DNA from: an uncultured virus (IMG/VR IMGVR_UViG_3300006173_000005)
Lineage: Duplodnaviria > Heunggongvirae > Uroviricota > Caudoviricetes
Length of the DNA: 20,000 nt
Reading direction: 5' to 3' (one strand)
IMG/VR virus record: IMGVR_UViG_3300006173_000005
The notes under the pieces were generated by a model. It searched no databases. It saw nothing but the letters and a program-made list of their open reading frames with translations, and was not told the DNA's origin. Shown here piece after piece: positions 14,168-20,000 of the stretch (its first letter is position 1; the number at the start of each line of letters is the position of its first letter). Position numbers and translations under genes: made by a program.

Positions 14168-14470
14168 CTAACGATTATTGAAATGATATATCGCGGCTTG
14201 GGTTTGCCTATCAATCGCATTCAGGTCAAGTATATAAGCAGAATCTTTGGGTAAAAACCCGCTAACATAAACGCACTCAATTCGTTGATGTCCAGTTATA
14301 TCAAATATCGACAATTTACCGCGACGTTTAATGGTACATCCCCCTCTCTTAAACATATGCAAAAAGAATAGCACCTCTACCATAGGAATAACCGCAGCCT
14401 CACGAGGATGTAATATATCATGCAGTTTATTGAAATGGTCGGCAAAATTACCACCAGCAGTATAATTCAT
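14168..14470 (-). CDS. Hypothetical protein
   Basis: GGAGGA RBS. Confidence 0.75.
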   Translation of the reverse strand: MNYTAGGNFADHFNKLHDILHPREAAVIPMVEVLFFLHMFKRGGCTIKRRGKLSIFDITGHQRIECVYVSGFLPKDSAYILDLNAIDRQTQAAIYHFNNR

Positions 14471-14473
14471 AGC

Positions 14474-14794
14474 TTAATCCTCTTTTGACGCTCTGTAATA
14501 ATTCCAATCTATCGGTGGAATAATCGTGTATTCCGGTAATGTATCTAATACCTTATCTAACGGAACGCCCATCATGATAGATTCCGCAGCACTCATGAGA
14601 ACATGCTTGTAATCATGAATAGTGTACCCATACCTGGCTGGGTGAAAGTTGCTGTAAATACTCGCTTGACAAGCGTGCATGATAGCAAATACCAAAGCGC
14701 CAACGCGCTCTTGCTCATCACGCTTGTGATTTTTAGCAGTATCGACCATTCCTACCATACCGCGTAACTGCTCAATCGTATCATCTAATTGCAT
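14474..14794 (-). CDS. Hypothetical protein
   Basis: GGAG RBS. Confidence 0.75.
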   Translation of the reverse strand: MQLDDTIEQLRGMVGMVDTAKNHKRDEQERVGALVFAIMHACQASIYSNFHPARYGYTIHDYKHVLMSAAESIMMGVPLDKVLDTLPEYTIIPPIDWNYYRASKED

Positions 14795-14796
14795 CG

Positions 14797-15201
14797 TTAC
14801 ATTGTCTCCACATAGTATTCTTCGTTAGTCAGTGTACTTTCGTGACCACAATCCATGCAATGACATACGCACAATCCCTCATCGTTACGTGAAATCTTGA
14901 TGTATATCAGACTGTGGCACTTAGGGCAGGTGGGTTTCTCGTGTTTAACCCCCAACGGAAACAGGACAGCCCAACCGAGTTCATTTAGATATTCCTCAGT
15001 CATGCGCAAATAGAAATTGGTGCGGTTGAGACTATTCTGCTGAACATGGATAGACTTTCGTTCATCGAGCGACATATACGGATAACGTTCGCTGAGATAA
15101 GCAATTACGGGCTTCTCATCGTCTTCAAATTCAATGTCCTGCGGTACTGTGTAGACAATCGGATCGGGCATATGGTCTTGCTGATAGGTAATGGTAATCA
15201 C
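14797..15201 (-). CDS. Protein with C-terminal zinc ribbon
   Basis: CPKC...CMDC; GAGGA RBS; GTG start. Confidence 0.75.
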   Translation of the reverse strand: MITITYQQDHMPDPIVYTVPQDIEFEDDEKPVIAYLSERYPYMSLDERKSIHVQQNSLNRTNFYLRMTEEYLNELGWAVLFPLGVKHEKPTCPKCHSLIYIKISRNDEGLCVCHCMDCGHESTLTNEEYYVETM

Positions 15202-15204
15202 TGC

Positions 15205-15561
15205 TTAATTCCTCTTGATTGCACTGCTCAACTTGCGGTTTGTTCCACGTTCAATGGCAAGTTCTTCTAGCCTGCGATACAACCAGTTACGTGCGTCCTC
15301 TTTCGCCTGGGCAAAGCTCGTAGCAGGCTTACGCTGAATAGTCTCTAACTTGAGTTGGCGTTTGTTGTGCTTTAAGTCGCGCACGGTGAAATAATATTCA
15401 CCTTGAATGAAATCGGGCGTACTATTGCCCATCCAAACCGCTACTAGGAACTGGTAGTGCAGTCCCGGTTGTTCAAAGACAGCAGAGAAGCGCACGCCAC
15501 CCCACTTGTCACCGTCCTTTTGACCAATTCCGTCCTTGTGCCAAACTAGTAATTCATCCAC
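15205..15561 (-). CDS. Hypothetical protein
   Basis: AGGAG RBS; GTG start. Confidence 0.75.
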   Translation of the reverse strand: MDELLVWHKDGIGQKDGDKWGGVRFSAVFEQPGLHYQFLVAVWMGNSTPDFIQGEYYFTVRDLKHNKRQLKLETIQRKPATSFAQAKEDARNWLYRRLEELAIERGTNRKLSSAIKRN

Positions 15562-15565
15562 AATG

Positions 15566-15901
15566 TTAGTCTCCTATGCCGGGTCGGGTAATATGGGTCG
15601 GGTCAGGGTCATCCATTGCGCCAATGGTAATAAGCAAATCTTCAATGGTGCGCCAAAATGGAATAGCATCAGGGGCAACAAGTATATCCCATTCACTTTG
15701 TAAGTCAGTAGCTTTACCCTTCTTTTGCTTAATGTCTCCCACAAACCAGCGACCAGTTGGGGGCCAGTAAACAAGTAGGTCAGGCTTGCCGGGAGCGCTG
15801 ATATAAATCACCTTCGCCCCAGCCTGACGAGCTTGCTTTACAATTGGCTTCTCGTTGTCATCTCGCCTTGCGCCATACTTGGGCATTCGACCAATACTCA
15901 T
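15566..15901 (-). CDS. VRR-NUC-like PD-(D/E)xK nuclease (resolvase-like)
   Basis: 'RRDDNEKPIVK...GA.V', 'GKPDLLV', 'DIK...GK.T..Q..W'. Confidence 0.75.
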   Translation of the reverse strand: MSIGRMPKYGARRDDNEKPIVKQARQAGAKVIYISAPGKPDLLVYWPPTGRWFVGDIKQKKGKATDLQSEWDILVAPDAIPFWRTIEDLLITIGAMDDPDPTHITRPGIGD

Positions 15902-15904
15902 CGC

Positions 15905-16579
15905 CTACTCGCTTTCCGTGTAAATAACAATCTTGATTCTTGCCGATTCTTTTAATCCCCGTAACTTATTAGGAAGTTCGTCTAACACCTGCTCAACAGT
16001 GGTAATTAACTCATTGTGGTACTGCCCAAACCTACGACTAACTATCTGTTTCTCGCTCACCTGCGCATCATGAGCAATTGCCGCCTCATTAAGTGTATCC
16101 GCTTTTAGCCTATTGGACAGTGGCCCATGCGCTATTTTAATCACCGCATCCGCCGCAGCTTGCAGCATCGGGGCATTAATTTTACCCTCCGGGGCACTTC
16201 CATAAGCTACTGCAAGGATAGCCTGACGCTGCTCCACCGGATAATGTTTGAGCACCTCGGTTTCAGCGACGGTTAATAACTTGTAGCCATATGGAGACAA
16301 TTCTTGATTAATGTCGGCGTTGTTAATCCATTCGTACAGAGTATTACGCGCCTGCTGGAACTCAGCGGCAACATAAGCGCTAAAGCTACGATACGTACCC
16401 AAATAGAGCTTCTCGCGCTTAACATGGGATAACAGTGCAATAGCTTTATCGAAGTGGTCTGCGCCCTGTTCAAAATGATATTTAGCATTCAATGTGGATT
16501 CGACATAATCCCGTTGCTGTGCCAATGTAAGCACAGCTAATTCCGCTTCAATATCAATCGTAGTCATCGCTGTGGTCAT
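15905..16579 (-). CDS. Phage protein with a DUF3102-like helical DNA-binding region
   Basis: 'LSHVKREKLYLGTYRSFSAYVAAEF...TLYEWI'. Confidence 0.6.
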   Translation of the reverse strand: MTTAMTTIDIEAELAVLTLAQQRDYVESTLNAKYHFEQGADHFDKAIALLSHVKREKLYLGTYRSFSAYVAAEFQQARNTLYEWINNADINQELSPYGYKLLTVAETEVLKHYPVEQRQAILAVAYGSAPEGKINAPMLQAAADAVIKIAHGPLSNRLKADTLNEAAIAHDAQVSEKQIVSRRFGQYHNELITTVEQVLDELPNKLRGLKESARIKIVIYTESE

Positions 16580-16580
16580 G

Positions 16581-16678
16581 TTGACAAATCCCTTTACCTA
16601 TCCTACACTGTATACGCCAATGAGTAACCTGCGTAACAAAACACGCGAGATATCAACCACCTCGCGTGTTTCTATTTT
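16581..16678 (+). ncRNA. Counter-oriented promoter with ~63-nt sRNA (~16616-16678)
   Basis: TTGACA(16581)-17 bp-TACACT(16604); AAACACGCGAG/CTCGCGTGTTT hairpin plus CTATTTT. Confidence 0.6.
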
Positions 16679-16682
16679 ACCG

Positions 16683-16916
16683 CTATTCTAAAGTACTATC
16701 CCAATCAGGATGTAAGTCTTTGAGCGCACTTTGAACCAGCGCATGATCCCAATATCTACTTTCACCTACGCACATCCAGCCGTGCTTTTGCAGCGTTCTA
16801 ATCAATCCAACGATGAGTGAATACAAATCCACACTGTCATTCAGATTGTCAAGTTGAATTAAACTATCCATCACCGTATCGAATATCTCTGTACCATCTA
16901 CGCAATTCAAGCTCAT
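16683..16916 (-). CDS. Hypothetical protein
   Basis: GGAGGGG RBS; ATGA overlap. Confidence 0.75.
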   Translation of the reverse strand: MSLNCVDGTEIFDTVMDSLIQLDNLNDSVDLYSLIVGLIRTLQKHGWMCVGESRYWDHALVQSALKDLHPDWDSTLE

Positions 16917-17599
16917 TGTGAACCCCCTCCTGCTGACAGTGCTGACATTAACTGTTTGCCGATATATTCAGTGTAAGCAGGCGGAATGCTTTCGCTAATC
17001 TCATGTCGAGTGATGTCATCCCAATCAATCCCCATTGCCATTTTTGCATATTCCATATAAGGCACAGTCAATCCCTGCGCCCCACCGCTCCCTGTAATGC
17101 TGATAATCCCATGCACTTTACTAGGCCCACGTCCGCTCGGTGGACACGGCTCAGGATGCTTAATGTGATGCGGTGACATGATATATAGATTGCTCTCAAA
17201 CAGACGGTGGCGATAGACTTTTAATCCAAACGTGTAACCACATAGTTCAAACGGATTGCACATGTCAGGATAAGCACCCTTGACATTCTCGATTACGTAA
17301 GGCTTGCCAAGTTTATCCAGTAGCGCCCTAAACTGCGCAATCAGCTTAGGGTACGATAACGGATCATAGGTTCCGAGTTTGCTTAAATTACTGTAGCCCT
17401 GACACTGGGGTGATACATGAATAGCATCGTATTCATAACCATGAGCCGCGAGGTAATCCAGTGCATCACCTAAAATAAATTCGTAAGGGTAGTTCGGCTG
17501 CGGTTCAATATCTACGCCAGTGCAAGTAAAACCAGCGCGACGATACCCACGACTTGCTACACCACTACAACAGCACAAATCGAGCAGCCTGTAAGTCAT
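16913..17599 (-). CDS. Orphan DNA (cytosine-5) methyltransferase, short phage type
   Basis: Motif I 'LLDLCCCSG', IV 'SPQCQGYS', VI 'VIENV', VIII 'RHRLFE', X 'ESIPPAY'. Confidence 0.85.
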   Translation of the reverse strand: MTYRLLDLCCCSGVASRGYRRAGFTCTGVDIEPQPNYPYEFILGDALDYLAAHGYEYDAIHVSPQCQGYSNLSKLGTYDPLSYPKLIAQFRALLDKLGKPYVIENVKGAYPDMCNPFELCGYTFGLKVYRHRLFESNLYIMSPHHIKHPEPCPPSGRGPSKVHGIISITGSGGAQGLTVPYMEYAKMAMGIDWDDITRHEISESIPPAYTEYIGKQLMSALSAGGGSQ

Positions 17600-18318
17600 T
17601 ATTTGTCACCATTCGATAGCAGTGGCAATTGACCATTCAGTTTAGGTTTAGGTACGCACACGAGCTTCAATACGTCTTTGTGATACGTATTCAGAGAACC
17701 ATATTGAGCATCAGCAATAGGGATTACCTCAATCTGATGTTCTATGCTATATTGCTTCGCGGCCTTACCCCACAACTGCAACAGCGCTACAGTCCACTTA
17801 ATTCCGTTAACATTGCAATACTGTTTGACGGTCATCCAATCAGCATTATCCAACCGTTCTACGATCTCGCCAACATCTTTACGCAGGGATTTTACCTCAC
17901 GTTCAATCTTGACCATAAACTGAGCCTGCGCAAGTATCATTTCAGCTTCAGTCAAAGATGACATTGAATATGTACCAGTCGATTGCAATGCAGGTAACAC
18001 CTCATGGGTCAACCAACGTTTGAACGCCTTCGACTCTGGCTTCCGACTACCAAGAACCAATGAGAATAACCCTGCTTGATTAACTACAGAATTCCGCACA
18101 GGTACACCATTCAATACATTAATGATAATGGTGTGTTCATCGTCATCTAATCGACTAACGGCTTGTGAAACATTGGCTATTTCAAGAACATTGCATACAG
18201 GGGAAGCGTCCCACCACTTTTGCCCCTTGTGATTGCGAACCGGAATATCTATTCCATTGAAAGTGAATATCTGTGGGTCGTTGTCTGAATTGTCTGGGGA
18301 TGGTAAACTTGTATTCAT
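17599..18318 (-). CDS. Bro-N domain phage antirepressor; true start probably ATG 18318
   Basis: 'FTFNG..VR...WW....VC.VL.I.N...AV.RLDDDE...VNQAGLFSLVLGSRKPESKAFKRWLTHEVLPALQSTGTY'; AAAGGA RBS. Confidence 0.9.
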   Translation of the reverse strand: MNTSLPSPDNSDNDPQIFTFNGIDIPVRNHKGQKWWDASPVCNVLEIANVSQAVSRLDDDEHTIIINVLNGVPVRNSVVNQAGLFSLVLGSRKPESKAFKRWLTHEVLPALQSTGTYSMSSLTEAEMILAQAQFMVKIEREVKSLRKDVGEIVERLDNADWMTVKQYCNVNGIKWTVALLQLWGKAAKQYSIEHQIEVIPIADAQYGSLNTYHKDVLKLVCVPKPKLNGQLPLLSNGDK

Positions 18319-18380
18319 AAGCTGGTGTCCTTTACACACTAGAACCCTCGGATGTTTGTCGCATCGCGGAGGGATTTTTG
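18281..18380 (+). ncRNA. Predicted cis-antisense RNA (~18316-18380) to the Bro-N antirepressor RBS/start
   Basis: TTGTCT(18281)-17 bp-TAAACT(18304) with TGn; CCCTC.GATG/CATC...GAGGG hairpin plus TTTTT. Confidence 0.6.
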
Positions 18381-18418
18381 TTGATGCGCTTATTTTATCA
18401 CAGAACTGTCGTCTTGTG

Positions 18419-20000
18419 CTAAAAGTCGCCCCACATTTCACTTGGATAATAATCAGGTTCGTATTCTGGATAGTCGGGTTCGTCATCGTCACTTGGCTGC
18501 TCAGTTGGCTCAATGCTGACCACTTCACCGCCATAACTGCACATGAGTTCAGCCACAATTGGGTCGTCAATAATCGCCTGTAACTTGTCATCTTCAAGAT
18601 TTGCCAGATACGCGAGTGTGTCGCAGTGGCACGCCTCACCGTCCTTTTTGCACCAGCAACCTAGTAGCTTGCCACGCAGTTCAGGAATGCGTCGTAGCAT
18701 CTCTGGATTGCTAAATAGGTGTACGCGGTACTGCGTAATAACTTCCTCGCGAGTGCCATCTTCGCCTATCTTGTAGGGATTGTGCCAATAGCTTTCAGCG
18801 AAACCATGTGAGAAGTTGGCGCGACCACAATACATCTTCTGTTCATTTGGCGTGGACTTCCATAACTCGCTACGCACATCGCAAACAACGGTGTATGGAA
18901 TAGTGTTATTATCATTGACCATTTCATCGGACGCGGTAACTTGGTCAGATTGCTCAGTCTGACTATCTTCCCACTGCTTATTAACTATTGGGTTATCCGA
19001 TACACCGAACGGTGTATCATCCATTGGTTCGTCTAACATAGCATCCTCCTGATTTTTACCATTTAGCAAGTCGAACATCTCCCATTGTACTACCATTTCA
19101 ATTGGTAGCGTTGGGTCAACTGGCACACATTCTGTGTCGATTAACGCATGGAACTGACCTACCCACTTTTCAGCGGGCTTGCGCTGCTTGCGTTGTTTCT
19201 TTTCTTTCACTGGCGCTTGCTCGACAATTGCGGGCAGTGCTGTAGTCTCAACAGGTTTCTTTTTGCCGCGTGATTTCTTTTCCGCTGGCGGTCTCTGCTC
19301 AGTAATCAAGTACTGTCGGTTAGGTTGATGATAGCGAATGGATAGGTTCAGCCCAGCGTTACAAGCCTCGGCTACGAACTTCTTCCAATCTTTTGTGCCA
19401 AGATTACAGATTGCACCAGCGCTGGTCACAATGGCCTGTGGAAATCCCTTAGCGGTTGCATCCCAATCGGTTTTACTTATCTTGCCAATACGCTCAATAA
19501 GCACAGTTACATCGTTGCTGGCGAGTGGAATATCAACATTCTGATCCTGTAGCACGCCAATGCCAGCATCTTTGAATATCGTGCGAATGGTAGAGGGTCG
19601 ATAGCCTAGCTTCTCTGACCATAGCTGCCATGACCACTGCACCTCGGTTAACCCTGTACGCTTTAGTTCATCCGTGATAATCGTGAGCGCCAGCGTCCGC
19701 ACATAGTTCTTACTTGTACCCCACGCCCGATTGAACAAGGGAGTAAACTTACCGTTGATGACCTGCCCATACATCCGACGATAGACTTTCTGGCACTCGC
19801 CATACGCCTGATGGTAGCCAGTTTGGGATTTCACCTTATCGCCATATAATTCATTCAGTGTCGCCACCGATTCCGCAGGATTAGGATTGTTTAGCTGCTC
19901 AAGGAAGGTTTCATAGGGCGGTGCAACAATAGTCACCTTTTCTTTGAACTTTACAGATAGTCGCTTGGATACCCTGGCAAAAACATCGAGCGACAATATC
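18419..20000 (-). CDS. Large protein (5' end probably outside the window) with C-terminal DUF4326 domain
   Basis: 'YCGR...WHNPYKIG.DGTREEVI..Y...LRGKLLGCWC....CHCDTL'; frame is open to the window edge; HTH-like 'WSEKLGYRPSTIRTIF'. Confidence 0.8.
   Translation of the reverse strand, partial: ILSLDVFARVSKRLSVKFKEKVTIVAPPYETFLEQLNNPNPAESVATLNELYGDKVKSQTGYHQAYGECQKVYRRMYGQVINGKFTPLFNRAWGTSKNYVRTLALTIITDELKRTGLTEVQWSWQLWSEKLGYRPSTIRTIFKDAGIGVLQDQNVDIPLASNDVTVLIERIGKISKTDWDATAKGFPQAIVTSAGAICNLGTKDWKKFVAEACNAGLNLSIRYHQPNRQYLITEQRPPAEKKSRGKKKPVETTALPAIVEQAPVKEKKQRKQRKPAEKWVGQFHALIDTECVPVDPTLPIEMVVQWEMFDLLNGKNQEDAMLDEPMDDTPFGVSDNPIVNKQWEDSQTEQSDQVTASDEMVNDNNTIPYTVVCDVRSELWKSTPNEQKMYCGRANFSHGFAESYWHNPYKIGEDGTREEVITQYRVHLFSNPEMLRRIPELRGKLLGCWCKKDGEACHCDTLAYLANLEDDKLQAIIDDPIVAELMCSYGGEVVSIEPTEQPSDDDEPDYPEYEPDYYPSEMWGDF

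Larger units (their letters stand above)
1..20000. mobile_element. Bacteriophage/prophage segment (early and regulatory/DNA-metabolism modules)
   Basis: Dense small overlapping ORFs in two convergent blocks; Bro-N, DinD-like, ParB-like, VRR-NUC-like, orphan C5-MTase, DUF4326 and tRNAs; no housekeeping operons. Confidence 0.9.

Noticed and set aside
18319..18639. N-terminal extension of the Bro-N ORF in the track (start 18639)
   Set aside because: It overlaps the DUF4326 gene by >200 nt; the RBS and domain boundary favour ATG 18318
2811..19544. Opposite-strand or nested ORFs in the track (e.g. 2811-2999, 4405-4593, 4886-5173, 6313-6720, 8253-8627, 9519-9755, 13330-13617, 17629-17961, 18233-18583, 19338-19544)
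   Set aside because: Shadow frames of better-supported genes that have RBSs and recognisable motifs
1..20000. Genome-wide stop-codon reassignment
   Set aside because: Genes tile densely under code 11 and end at TAA, TAG and TGA; only one internal stop was found

Overview
A 20-kb segment of a tailed-phage or prophage genome with no structural genes. A truncated leftward HTH gene at 1-394 resembles a terminase small subunit. It is followed by a rightward 'early' block (556-7472) of small hypothetical genes, a ParB-like protein and two HTH proteins. This block is driven by three near-identical sigma70 promoters sharing an AATCA box. It converges at a terminator (~7500) with a long leftward block. 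The leftward block carries a DUF4326-fusion protein, a Bro-N antirepressor, a C5 DNA methyltransferase, a VRR-NUC-like nuclease, a stand-alone receiver domain with a membrane coiled-coil protein and three TM peptides, a ~1-kb non-coding cluster with tRNA-Met and two aberrant tRNA-like genes, a DinD-like protein and a SpoU/TrmH RNA methyltransferase. The most striking unannotated signal is a candidate antisense small-RNA network. Three leftward genes, including both antirepressor-like genes, have a predicted counter-promoter inside their first codons and a counter-terminator in their leader, as in P22 sar. The non-coding cluster holds orphan promoter / anti-RBS / terminator units, and one of them is nearly complementary to the RBS and start codon of the early gene at 7179. 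All RNA and promoter calls are predictions read by eye from the sequence.
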